This document shows positions 17,062-25,952 of a stretch of DNA of 64,000 nt, in pieces. Numbering within the stretch: the first letter of the stretch is position 1; each line of letters starts with the position of its first letter. The position numbers and the translations under genes are program-made. The stretch is taken from positions 1-64,000 of IMG/VR virus record IMGVR_UViG_3300040801_001224; one strand, written 5' to 3'. Under the pieces are notes generated by a model. It was not told the DNA's origin and did not search any database. It saw nothing but the letters and a program-made list of their open reading frames with translations.

Positions 17062-17152
17062 GAACCGTCCCGGCTGTAAAATAGTACGCAGACGTGGCAA
17101 GGTATTTGTAATCAACAAAGAGAACCCAAAGTTCAAAGCGAGACAACGATGA
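17030..17152 (+). CDS. rpmJ: 50S ribosomal protein bL36, zinc-independent (YkgO/RpmJ2-like) type; not in ORF track
   Basis: [40 protein letters not shown] matches bL36 end to end; ATGA-coupled to the next gene. Confidence 0.92.
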   Translation: MKIVNSLKSLKNRPGCKIVRRRGKVFVINKENPKFKARQR

Positions 17153-17400
17153 AATACGTAGAAGCAATCAACCAGTACCAACTATGCGGATGTAAGAACA
17201 TTGTTGTTCGCACACGATCCGGTAAAGAGTATGAGTTGAACCGAGACGTAGTTGAGAACGCACATGAAGAAAACGGTGACCTATATGTATATGGTGGTTA
17301 CTGGAAGAAAGTTCGCACAGCATTGAGACCCAAGTACCACCACAAATGGTTCTGGTTATCAAATGTAGAGTTTGTCCGACAGGGAGGACTGACACAGTGA
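17149..17400 (+). CDS. hypothetical protein
   Basis: ATGA overlap with bL36. Confidence 0.75.
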   Translation: MKYVEAINQYQLCGCKNIVVRTRSGKEYELNRDVVENAHEENGDLYVYGGYWKKVRTALRPKYHHKWFWLSNVEFVRQGGLTQ

Positions 17401-17618
17401 TAAACAACAAAGCAACATATGTCTGTTCTAAAAGCCATCTGGTTATAGAGCGAAATGAACATAAGCTATTCCTAAATCTGGGTGAGCTTGATGAACGACA
17501 GATAGTTCCACTGGATGCTGGTACACAGTACCTCAGAGGTGAAACCATTACTGGTGACCAACTGGAAAAGATCTGGGGGTTTTATTCTGACGTTGAAACT
17601 TATTGGTATGAAGCATGA
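17397..17618 (+). CDS. hypothetical protein
   Basis: GTGA overlap; SD GGAGG. Confidence 0.7.
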   Translation: MINNKATYVCSKSHLVIERNEHKLFLNLGELDERQIVPLDAGTQYLRGETITGDQLEKIWGFYSDVETYWYEA

Positions 17619-17857
17619 AACTATTAGCTGAAAATTATAACACCAAAGTCTACCAGAAAGACAACGATAAGCCTGGTCTCCTGATCATTCATCAGGGTGA
17701 ACCAGGTGACACTCGTGACACTCTCGTAGCCAACCTATCAGGTATATGGCCAAACACTGGTAAGTACTTACTAACCAGAGTGACTAAACGTGATGGCGCA
17801 TTCGACAGCCATTGGACTGGTTTTATTCCCTCCTATAAAATGCCCGATTTATCTTAA
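17615..17857 (+). CDS. hypothetical protein
   Basis: ATGA overlap. Confidence 0.75.
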   Translation: MKLLAENYNTKVYQKDNDKPGLLIIHQGEPGDTRDTLVANLSGIWPNTGKYLLTRVTKRDGAFDSHWTGFIPSYKMPDLS

Positions 17858-17921
17858 AAAAGTGGTTGACATGTGGTCCTAGCTTTGCTATAATGTGTTT
17901 ATACAAAGTTAGGAGTTAACC

Positions 17922-18212
17922 ATGTTAAGCAAAAAACAACTATTCATCTCACTGGACGAGTTCTATAACGATCGTTATGGATACGGTGAGTCAGCTTACC
18001 AGCTACAAGAGTTAAGCCATCCTTTTATCAGCAATGAGACTTATGGTCGCAAGAGCATGATATACATTCACACTGGTGACCTAGACATTCGCAAGAAGTT
18101 AGAGAGCTGGTTAGATGCTGATGGCTTTCGAGTAAACCGTAATTATGCTAAAGGCAACCCAGTAACTGAAGTTCAAGTTAGTTACTTCAAGGGTTGGCAC
18201 TGGGCGGAGTAA
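17922..18212 (+). CDS. early hypothetical protein
   Basis: Own promoter and SD. Confidence 0.85.
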   Translation: MLSKKQLFISLDEFYNDRYGYGESAYQLQELSHPFISNETYGRKSMIYIHTGDLDIRKKLESWLDADGFRVNRNYAKGNPVTEVQVSYFKGWHWAE

Positions 18213-18216
18213 GAAC

Positions 18217-18399
18217 ATGAATAATTATATAGTGACAGGTGAGTATGGCAACCAAGTGGGTGACCGTATCGAACTAGCACTAACTGCCAAGAACGAAACT
18301 AACGCCAGTAAGAACTTTGTTAAGCGTGTTAAGTCTGGTGAGTTTGGTTACATCGACACTAACTACATGACAGTAAACGTAGAGAAGGTATCAAAATGA
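18217..18399 (+). CDS. hypothetical protein
   Basis: SD GGAG. Confidence 0.75.
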   Translation: MNNYIVTGEYGNQVGDRIELALTAKNETNASKNFVKRVKSGEFGYIDTNYMTVNVEKVSK

Positions 18400-18626
18400 G
18401 ATATGTAAAGACTATCAACTTATGGGCTGAAGGAGTACAAGACAAACTCCGTTCAGGTGAACTTAAACCTCAGCGTGGTCAGTGGATGATCTGTGGTGAA
18501 GACAACCAATACAAGTGTCGCTTTGTTAAAGCTGACGAGCGTAGCATTTGGGTAATCCATAAGAAGCCAGGTTGTGGTAAAGCATTTATAGAACTGTGCC
18601 GTAACTGGAGGGAGCAAACAGCATGA
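18396..18626 (+). CDS. hypothetical protein
   Basis: ATGA overlap. Confidence 0.75.
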   Translation: MRYVKTINLWAEGVQDKLRSGELKPQRGQWMICGEDNQYKCRFVKADERSIWVIHKKPGCGKAFIELCRNWREQTA

Positions 18627-18868
18627 ATATACTAAACCCATCCTTATCCCTGCAAGAGATAATTGATGCGACTACAAGAATCATTATTTATGTTGCGACC
18701 GGATTTAGCCTTGCCAGTGGTATTTCGTTCTCAAGTTTGGTGCCTGACTATATGTTCTTATTGCCCATTATGGTTATGGCACTGATGATCGGCAGTCTTC
18801 TAGGCGCAGTGATTGCTGATCATATATTTGATGTGTGGGAAAAGAAGTATTACAAGTACCGAAAATAG
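18623..18868 (+). CDS. membrane protein
   Basis: ATGA overlap; two TM segments. Confidence 0.75.
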   Translation: MNILNPSLSLQEIIDATTRIIIYVATGFSLASGISFSSLVPDYMFLLPIMVMALMIGSLLGAVIADHIFDVWEKKYYKYRK

Positions 18869-18929
18869 TGGTTGACATGTGGTCAACCCTTTGCTATAAT
18901 AGTGGCATAAACAGTTAGGAGAAACAATT

Positions 18930-19586
18930 ATGTTTACTAGATCAACTATCAAAGTCCAAGACATACTTCGTGGTTATGCTCGCATTAACTACCAGGTAGA
19001 TGGCTACTGGAGTCGTGAAACAATCACTATATATGTTGACCGCAGGATGGACTGGGAAACCAAGAAAGCTATCTGGGTAGCCAATGTTAATCATTCAACA
19101 GGTGGTCGCGATACAGAGCAGGTTGCTGATGACAACCAAGCCACTCGCAACTTTGCTACTGCTCTTATGGATGCCGCTTATCAAGCAGACCTAATCATGG
19201 CACAGTCAGAAGGTTTAGAGCTTGCTTACAGGGCTAGTCAGAAAGCACAAGAGTTGAAAGAGCTGTATGCCGAAGCTGAGTTCCAGGCTAAGTTGGAACA
19301 GGATCTACCAATAGGAATGGATATGGCTACCAAGATCATCGACGACTTGCGTAACGAAGTTAAAGTTGGTCTCGAGAAGGATCCCTGGTTATGTCAGAGT
19401 AAACGCATAACATTGCGCTCACGTGTTACAAACTACGAGAACGAGATCTGTGCGTACACTACTAACAGTGCTAATCCAAAAATACGGTTTAGAGTTAATG
19501 GTGAATCAGTAGGCATTATCTGGGCCAAAGAGTTTGTTGCCAACATGAGCGCGAACAACAGCATGGCGGCCAAATTGGTCGCTTAG
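18930..19586 (+). CDS. early hypothetical protein
   Basis: Own promoter and SD; 218 aa. Confidence 0.85.
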   Translation: MFTRSTIKVQDILRGYARINYQVDGYWSRETITIYVDRRMDWETKKAIWVANVNHSTGGRDTEQVADDNQATRNFATALMDAAYQADLIMAQSEGLELAYRASQKAQELKELYAEAEFQAKLEQDLPIGMDMATKIIDDLRNEVKVGLEKDPWLCQSKRITLRSRVTNYENEICAYTTNSANPKIRFRVNGESVGIIWAKEFVANMSANNSMAAKLVA

Positions 19587-19597
19587 GAGTTAAGACA

Positions 19598-19834
19598 ATG
19601 ACAACTCGTAACACAAGAGAAGAACTTGAAAACTCAGTACACCAATATGGTGCTGAAGTAACTCGCTTACAAGCCAGACTGGATGAGCTTGAAGGTACTA
19701 TGAACTTTGGTGAAAGGGTTAAGCTCAGAGGTAATGGTGAGATCGTTGGTGAAGATACCAACACTCTTTTCGCAACATTTAACTATTATGCTGACGCCAA
19801 AGCATTCGTAGAATTAATCAATAATATGCGATAA
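19598..19834 (+). CDS. hypothetical protein
   Basis: SD TTAGGAG. Confidence 0.8.
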   Translation: MTTRNTREELENSVHQYGAEVTRLQARLDELEGTMNFGERVKLRGNGEIVGEDTNTLFATFNYYADAKAFVELINNMR

Positions 19835-19903
19835 AGTGGTTGACAACCACTCTTCCAGGCTGTATAATCCAGATATAAGTTAAACAGTTAAGGAATAAAC
19901 ATT

Positions 19904-20179
19904 ATGAACTCTCGTCACAAGCAAGCAATTGAATCAGTACTTAAAGAAATGAACTGGTATGCCAACATATTTGGTAAGGGTGAAGTTGTACCATTCCCAA
20001 CCAACGCTGAAGAGTGTGGTCGTATCCGTAGTTTCATTGAAGGACAACTGAGTCCAGAGAACTTACATTGTGATGGTGAAGCTGACCCAATGTACGTTAG
20101 ACAACGTTACAATGAACTGAACACTGCCTGGGATGCCCTGGCATTAATCGATGGCAACCAAGCTGAACCAATGGTATAA
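19904..20179 (+). CDS. conserved phage hypothetical protein
   Basis: LSPENLHCDGE motif; own promoter. Confidence 0.85.
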   Translation: MNSRHKQAIESVLKEMNWYANIFGKGEVVPFPTNAEECGRIRSFIEGQLSPENLHCDGEADPMYVRQRYNELNTAWDALALIDGNQAEPMV

Positions 20180-20189
20180 GGAGAGGAAC

Positions 20190-20354
20190 ATGAGCATGGA
20201 ACCCACCGACAAAGAAATCGAAAAGTATATGAAAGAGCATAATGAGAACTATTATGCCGCTCGAGAAGTTCTTCGTGAACGAGCGTATGGCAAGAAGTAT
20301 GGCAATGATAAGCCAGCACATCAAAGCTGGGGTGATTACTGGAAAGGATATTAG
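20190..20354 (+). CDS. hypothetical protein
   Basis: SD AAGGAG; start MSMEPTD. Confidence 0.75.
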   Translation: MSMEPTDKEIEKYMKEHNENYYAAREVLRERAYGKKYGNDKPAHQSWGDYWKGY

Positions 20355-20417
20355 TGGTTGACATGTGGTCTTAATGGATGTATAATCACGATATAAGTTA
20401 AACAGTAAGGAATAAAG

Positions 20418-20684
20418 ATGGCCCAGTTACTAAACACAGTCAACGTAATAGACTACAACACTCGTTATGAACGTGAGCTAACAATAGCAAGCGCACATAT
20501 TGAAATGAAACTACGTGATGAACTTGTAGGTAAGTTTGTAGAGTTTGTTGGCTTTGAGAATAGACCAGGTCCTACCAAATGGTTCCTGTTCCAAGAAGTA
20601 GCCCGCACAGTAGAGTTCACAAGTGCTGGTGGAATAGAAATCAACGGTCACACAGTATTAGACGGCAAGGTGGAAGTAGCATGA
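20418..20684 (+). CDS. early hypothetical protein
   Basis: Own promoter and SD. Confidence 0.8.
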   Translation: MAQLLNTVNVIDYNTRYERELTIASAHIEMKLRDELVGKFVEFVGFENRPGPTKWFLFQEVARTVEFTSAGGIEINGHTVLDGKVEVA

Positions 20685-20854
20685 ACTTAGTGACATTATT
20701 TTTTGTTGGCGTAATTGGCGTCCTTATACTCAAAGCAATCGCTACCTACTTTGGCTTTATTGGTCTTATGGTAGCACTGGTGGGCACAGCAGTAATATTT
20801 GGTGCTATTGTAGCATGGGATAAGATCAAGTACCCCAACTTCACACAGGAGTAG
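20681..20854 (+). CDS. small membrane protein
   Basis: ATGA overlap; two TM segments. Confidence 0.7.
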   Translation: MNLVTLFFVGVIGVLILKAIATYFGFIGLMVALVGTAVIFGAIVAWDKIKYPNFTQE

Positions 20855-20857
20855 TCC

Positions 20858-21220
20858 ATGAACGTATATGTAGTCGTAGCTGGTTTCCATTATGAAGGTG
20901 AGCAAGCACTTTTAGTGCTTGCTCACTTTGAGCAAGCACTCGCCTCATTCACAGACTCCAAGCAAGCAGAACAGTTCCGTGATTATCTAGAGATGTCACA
21001 GAAGCTGGGTCAAGCAGTTGCTGGTACTGATGGCTATGATTACTTCTGGGTTAACACTGTTCCAGTCAGCAACACCTGGGAAGATGCCGTTAATCGTTTA
21101 GAGCAGGAACGGGAAGACTATAACCAGATGCTTGAGGATGAACGTCAGGAACGTTTCCAGGAACTACAGGATCAACAACCCACACAACCAACTCTGGCAG
21201 ACGTATTCCCCACACAATAG
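20858..21220 (+). CDS. hypothetical protein
   Basis: SD AGGAG. Confidence 0.8.
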   Translation: MNVYVVVAGFHYEGEQALLVLAHFEQALASFTDSKQAEQFRDYLEMSQKLGQAVAGTDGYDYFWVNTVPVSNTWEDAVNRLEQEREDYNQMLEDERQERFQELQDQQPTQPTLADVFPTQ

Positions 21221-21230
21221 GATAGACATT

Positions 21231-21563
21231 ATGAATTACGAACAAGCACTAAAAGATATCAAGCGTAAGCGCAAAGAGCTGGCTAAAGCAGAAGCCGCCT
21301 TCAGAAAGATTGAAGCGGAGCATATGTTTACAGTTGGCAAGACCAACAACAAAGGTCTGAACACCAGGGTAAAGGTACTCAAGAACAATGAGAAGTTTAT
21401 CTTCACCAACACTAACACCGGTCACACTGTGACTACATTAAGGTATCCTAACAGTTACGGTGAGCGTAAGGTATACGAGATCGTGAACGGTAAACAACAA
21501 CTGGTTATGGGTGGTACTCGGGTATCCATCAACCAAATAAAAGAATACACCATGTCTAAATAA
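21231..21563 (+). CDS. basic hypothetical protein
   Basis: SD AGGA; start MNYEQAL. Confidence 0.75.
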   Translation: MNYEQALKDIKRKRKELAKAEAAFRKIEAEHMFTVGKTNNKGLNTRVKVLKNNEKFIFTNTNTGHTVTTLRYPNSYGERKVYEIVNGKQQLVMGGTRVSINQIKEYTMSK

Positions 21564-21631
21564 GTGGTTGACAACCACATTCCTTTCCTGTATAATCACG
21601 GTATAAGTTAAACAGTTAAGGAATAAACATT

Positions 21632-22375
21632 ATGAACCTAGAACAATACGCCCGTCAAGTATTCAACAAGTGTGTACAGGATTTCCAGGAAGCACGTTCA
21701 ATGCCAGTTGCTCTTATTCCAATGGAGTTCAGCAACCGTTTAAATAGTACTGGCGGCTATTTCCGTTATGATCGTTTCGGTCCAATCAAGATTGTTATTA
21801 ACAAGCGCATGATGGAAGCCAACGGTAAAGAGTTTGTTGATCAAGTAGTCCCTCATGAAGTTGCTCACTGGTTTACACATCTGGTACATGGTTCCAACCA
21901 CCAAGCACATGGTCGGGAATGGAAAGCAATGATGCGTTTACTTGGTCAGGAACCAAAAAGAACTCACAGCTTTAAACGTGCTGAACCAAAGAAAGGTTTC
22001 ACTTACGTTGTTAATGGCAACGAAATTCAAGTTGGTCCAATTAGACACAAGAAGATCCAAAACGGTACTGGCTCATACAGAGTTAGAGGTGGCGGTGCTA
22101 TTAAAGCAAGTGACTGGGAAGGCTACAAAGCTGAGAGAACAACAGAACTTCCAAATGGTTTTGTAAGCATCCGCCCACCAGTAACTAAAAAGAAGTCAGT
22201 ACGTAAGGGCAAGACTAAAGCGAACACAGTGAGAGCTCTTATTAACGATTACAAAGCGGCTGGCTTTACATCAGAAAGAGCACGTAAGAATAAGACAGTA
22301 GTAGAAGAAGTTATGGCAGTAGCCAATTTATCAGAGACTATGGCCAAACGTTACTTAAAGAACTTGTGGAGTTAA
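21632..22375 (+). CDS. SprT-like zinc metalloprotease with a basic C-terminal domain
   Basis: VVPHEVAH...HGREWKAMM. Confidence 0.85.
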   Translation: MNLEQYARQVFNKCVQDFQEARSMPVALIPMEFSNRLNSTGGYFRYDRFGPIKIVINKRMMEANGKEFVDQVVPHEVAHWFTHLVHGSNHQAHGREWKAMMRLLGQEPKRTHSFKRAEPKKGFTYVVNGNEIQVGPIRHKKIQNGTGSYRVRGGGAIKASDWEGYKAERTTELPNGFVSIRPPVTKKKSVRKGKTKANTVRALINDYKAAGFTSERARKNKTVVEEVMAVANLSETMAKRYLKNLWS

Positions 22376-22377
22376 TC

Positions 22378-22548
22378 ATGTTAGTATCAGAACTTATTGA
22401 ACATTTAGAAAAACTAAAGGAACAAGCAGGAGATGTTCCTGTAGAAGTTAACGACGAGGTGGGTACACTAACAGAGTTTACTGAACAATCAGTGTACACG
22501 TACAACTATAATGGTGGAAGCCATACCCGTATCATATTTGATGTATAG
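22378..22548 (+). CDS. hypothetical protein (MLVxELIExL family)
   Basis: SD GGAG; MLVSELIEHLEKL. Confidence 0.75.
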   Translation: MLVSELIEHLEKLKEQAGDVPVEVNDEVGTLTEFTEQSVYTYNYNGGSHTRIIFDV

Positions 22549-22557
22549 GATGTTATT

Positions 22558-22737
22558 ATGTTAGTTAAAGAACTTATAGAAATATTAGAAGGCCTCAATC
22601 CCAACCAGGAGTTAGAGATTAGAGCTGGCAAGTATCTAAAAGAGCTGAACATGTTACACACAGAACAGTATGAGTTCCGGGATGTATATGTTAGAGATGA
22701 TAAACGAGCCGTCATAGTATTTGAGGAGGCCCGATAA
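22558..22737 (+). CDS. 59-aa paralogue of the previous gene (not in ORF track)
   Basis: MLVKELIEILEGL...AVIVFEEAR; SD AGGA. Confidence 0.7.
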   Translation: MLVKELIEILEGLNPNQELEIRAGKYLKELNMLHTEQYEFRDVYVRDDKRAVIVFEEAR

Positions 22738-22745
22738 ATATATGT

Positions 22746-22955
22746 ATGTATATAGTGAGTAAGGATAAAGAGTATATAGAGAGGCTTGGGCTAGAGTACC
22801 AAGTCCTCTTTGATTATGCCATAGCCAGAGTTTCCGGCAGTGACGCAGTACACTATAACATGCAATTCCCAACACTGTTTCTCAGTGTACAAAAAGAAGC
22901 CAGATCGGCAGCCGTAGAATATAACAAATATTTAAGAAAAATTGGAAAAAACTGA
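22746..22955 (+). CDS. hypothetical protein
   Basis: ATG 5 nt after ATAAATA. Confidence 0.65.
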   Translation: MYIVSKDKEYIERLGLEYQVLFDYAIARVSGSDAVHYNMQFPTLFLSVQKEARSAAVEYNKYLRKIGKN

Positions 22956-23066
22956 CCCAAGGGGACTGTGTGCCGAAAAGGGGTATCGGGCGGAAAGGGA
23001 GCTACAAAACGACGCGAAATTTTTACCTACATCGAAGAGTCTTCAAACTCCCCGGTAAATATGCGT

Positions 23067-23234
23067 ATGTCCACTATACTATTCATTTTTCTATTCACCT
23101 GTATAATATACTCCACTATACTCTTCTCTATGGAACCGGACACCATACAACCAAAGTCTCTATATTCTCTTTCATTATTACTGGGCTTAACACTTGTCTT
23201 ATCTGTAAAAATAATATTTGGAATTCTTCTCTAA
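23067..23234 (+). CDS. small membrane protein
   Basis: ATG 5 nt after GTAAATA; two TM segments. Confidence 0.5.
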   Translation: MSTILFIFLFTCIIYSTILFSMEPDTIQPKSLYSLSLLLGLTLVLSVKIIFGILL

Positions 23235-23388
23235 TAACAGTATACAGAAAAAAATTTTTTCAAATTTTCTAAGAGCATCGAAGGAACAAATAGTGTAATA
23301 GAGTGGTCTTCGGAGAAACCACGAATATTAGGGTGAGCTTTGCGACCCCTGCCAGATGTTAGGGCGACAGCCCTACCCTTCCGGAACC

Positions 23389-23417
23389 TTGACATCACCA
23401 CTTTTCTGTGTTATAAT
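23389..23417 (+). promoter_or_regulatory. sigma70-type promoter with CCACT box
   Basis: TTGACA-N17-TATAAT. Confidence 0.85.
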
Positions 23418-23440
23418 ATGGACATTGTAAATTATATCGT

Positions 23441-23752
23441 GTGGTAACTGTGACTGTATTCTTAATATTAATGTGCCTAAACTATTTAGTGGCGGACGTA
23501 TATGTGAAAGCATTGAACTTTATTCGGGACTCTGGTGATGATCCCTCGATGCTCTTATTAGTTATTGCGTTAACACTATTATTAAATGTTTTTATGAGTA
23601 TGGCTATATACGCTATACTTAATGAAGCATTGGAACAAGGGTATATGGGCGTTATTTATATGATGCTCAGTATCCTAGCTGTGGGCATATTTATTAAACG
23701 TATTGAAACCCTCTGGGGTCAGCAAGAACTATATAACCGATTGGAGAACTAA
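23441..23752 (+). CDS. 3-TM membrane protein, family B
   Basis: Ends ELYNRLEN. Confidence 0.75.
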   Translation: MVTVTVFLILMCLNYLVADVYVKALNFIRDSGDDPSMLLLVIALTLLLNVFMSMAIYAILNEALEQGYMGVIYMMLSILAVGIFIKRIETLWGQQELYNRLEN

Positions 23753-23754
23753 TC

Positions 23755-24087
23755 ATGTTAATGGATTTTTTAAGCAACTATATGAATTCGCTAACTGCGT
23801 TCATACTGGTTGCTATCTGTTGTTATGTTTTTCTTCAAGTGATCTTTATCAGGAATTGGCATCGTCTACGTAAAGTATTTAAGGGCGATGATATGTATAT
23901 ACAGTATATAGCTGTTTCGATTCCCCTGGCCTTTCTGGCTTGTCTTATGGCGTTTATAGTAATTAACTTTGCGATTAATGCGTTAACTGGAGCGTTACTG
24001 GTAATGATATTAATGATTGGTTGGGGTATGTCACGGATAGCTGAATACGAACGTAACGAACGTCTAAAGGATAAATTGGAATCATGA
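23755..24087 (+). CDS. 3-TM membrane protein, family B
   Basis: Ends ERLKDKLES. Confidence 0.8.
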   Translation: MLMDFLSNYMNSLTAFILVAICCYVFLQVIFIRNWHRLRKVFKGDDMYIQYIAVSIPLAFLACLMAFIVINFAINALTGALLVMILMIGWGMSRIAEYERNERLKDKLES

Positions 24088-24292
24088 TTGCTTTTGGATT
24101 AGGTTATACTGGGTATTGGTATGGGTCTTAAAGATCCTACTGAACGCTGGATGTTCTTATTGTCCGGTTGTTTGTTTGTGGTCGCTGGAGTGGTGTTGTG
24201 AGAAAAGGCCTACATCTGGGGCTCTTCAGCCTCCGGGTTTGGTTTCAATCGGCGCTGAAGTCAGGGTCAGAAAGTGGTCCGGGGTATTGGTG

Positions 24293-24628
24293 ATGGATTT
24301 ATTGTTTGGATGGTTAATGGCAGTTAGCGTGGCGTATTTACATGTTGATCTGGTGGTGGCTCGTTGGTGGGAACGTTCTTCTCAGTATTGGCACAGTACT
24401 GGCGAACCAAAGTTTACTATGTCGGAAAAAGCTGGTTTCTGTTTTACCCTGCTGGTTGCGTTCTGTATTGTGTTCTTTATTTCAGCGGCAATGGCGCACC
24501 TAGCGTTAGACAGAGGCTTATTTGGTCTGGGAGCTCTAGCCATAATCGTATTGTCACTAGTGTTGTTACGTCAACGAATCATTAACGTTAGTGGTGAACT
24601 TGAATTTAAAAAGAAGTTGGAGAGTTAA
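24293..24628 (+). CDS. 3-TM membrane protein, family B
   Basis: Start MDLLFGW; ends LEFKKKLES. Confidence 0.75.
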   Translation: MDLLFGWLMAVSVAYLHVDLVVARWWERSSQYWHSTGEPKFTMSEKAGFCFTLLVAFCIVFFISAAMAHLALDRGLFGLGALAIIVLSLVLLRQRIINVSGELEFKKKLES

Positions 24629-24982
24629 ATGGAAGATCTAATATTCAAATACGTTATAGTGGGAATCTATCTAACCTATGTTTTCCTCATTGCTTTTTTC
24701 TGGGAACGCATACGTAACGACAAAGACCTAACTATCGGCAATATATTGGATAGTGGTAAGACTTCGGATATACTGGGGATGGCCATGTTAACATTATTCG
24801 TGGTCTTACCTATTACCACTTTAATGACTGCAATTTTCGTTATGTTAGTATTTATAATAACCATTGAGCTGATTCAGATGCCATCGTGGCTGTGGGTGCC
24901 AGTTATATTGACACTAATCGCAGTGGGCCGCATTGTTTTGTTTGAACGAGTACAAAAATTTAGAAACAAATTGGAGAGTTAA
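24629..24982 (+). CDS. 3-TM membrane protein, family B
   Basis: Ends QKFRNKLES. Confidence 0.8.
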   Translation: MEDLIFKYVIVGIYLTYVFLIAFFWERIRNDKDLTIGNILDSGKTSDILGMAMLTLFVVLPITTLMTAIFVMLVFIITIELIQMPSWLWVPVILTLIAVGRIVLFERVQKFRNKLES

Positions 24983-25186
24983 ATGACTAGATTTGAAGCA
25001 TATTATATTGGGGCTTGTGTGCCAGTATTCATCGTATTCCTACTATCGATCCTATCGGGTATCCCAGGTTGGAATATATGGATGACATTTGGTGTATGGG
25101 TTATAATGTTAGCATCAGTTGGTTACTGGGTTAAGGCAAAGGACGAAGCTGGTGAGCCAATTATAACGGAGAAAGACGATGATTAA
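24983..25186 (+). CDS. small membrane protein
   Basis: Two TM segments. Confidence 0.75.
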   Translation: MTRFEAYYIGACVPVFIVFLLSILSGIPGWNIWMTFGVWVIMLASVGYWVKAKDEAGEPIITEKDDD

Positions 25187-25550
25187 GCAAGTCATAATGT
25201 ATTTTGTTATTAATAGTGTGTTCCTATACTGTACTGTTATGGGGTTAGCTTACGATGTTGAAGGTGCGCTAAACATAAGTCTGTTTATTGCGTGGGCTAT
25301 TTCCCTCCTATCACTTGTGTTTTTGAGTGAAGAGTTTCAGAAGAAAGTATTCGAGGAACAGCCAAAGTCAGCTGTGCCAGCATGGTTCGATACGTGCTTT
25401 GATTTGGTTATTATCGGCATGTTTGTGTGGTATGGTGCCATTTTCACAGCAATCGCATACAGCATTCATTTAATACTTGTGATTGGGTACCGTAAAAATC
25501 GTGAAGACTATTTCTTAAAGAAATTAAAAGGCGAAGAGGTTGAAGTGTAA
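25179..25550 (+). CDS. membrane protein, family B-like
   Basis: DYFLKKLKG near the C-terminus. Confidence 0.8.
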   Translation: MIKQVIMYFVINSVFLYCTVMGLAYDVEGALNISLFIAWAISLLSLVFLSEEFQKKVFEEQPKSAVPAWFDTCFDLVIIGMFVWYGAIFTAIAYSIHLILVIGYRKNREDYFLKKLKGEEVEV

Positions 25551-25864
25551 TGTATTACTTGATGTTACTTATGCTATTGTGGGTGTTTCTCATGTTTGCG
25601 TGGGCACATTCCGTTTACCCACGTTTAATCGAATGGGATTCAGATGCTGACCAACTCGGCGGCTTCTGGCCAACCGTGCTCGTATCTCTCGTGAATTGTA
25701 TAATAGCAATGGTCTTATTCCTTGTTGTCTCTAAGTGGATATGGAGTATAAATTCCATGGTGCTAGTGGGTACAGTAGTTTTCTTGTTTGGATTTGGTAT
25801 GACACTCAGGATAACCGGACATCATAAACAGCTAAATAGAACTATGGAGACTTTAAAGTCATGA
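25550..25864 (+). CDS. 3-TM membrane protein, family B
   Basis: Ends NRTMETLKS. Confidence 0.8.
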   Translation: MYYLMLLMLLWVFLMFAWAHSVYPRLIEWDSDADQLGGFWPTVLVSLVNCIIAMVLFLVVSKWIWSINSMVLVGTVVFLFGFGMTLRITGHHKQLNRTMETLKS

Positions 25865-25952
25865 AACTTAAAGATGTTATTACTGGAATCGTAATGCTCA
25901 TAGCGTTGGGTGTTGCCCTATACTATATGGCATGGGAGTCGGGTTTAATCTA

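Larger units (their letters stand above)
6663..21622 (+). promoter_or_regulatory. repeated early promoter/leader cassettes AGTGG-TTGACA-N17/18-TATAAT ... (AC)AGTTAGGA
   Basis: -35 boxes at 6668, 7015, 7926, 8320, 8588, 9741, 10053, 10330, 11053, 11325, 11855, 12216, 12935, 13366, 13920, 15346, 16069, 17866, 18872, 19840, 20358, 21568 (some copies degenerate). Confidence 0.95.

Noticed and set aside
22968-23272. 88- and 100-aa ORFs over the atypical intergenic zone
   Set aside because: No SD and unusual composition; only the hydrophobic part from 23067, 5 nt after GTAAATA, is retained.
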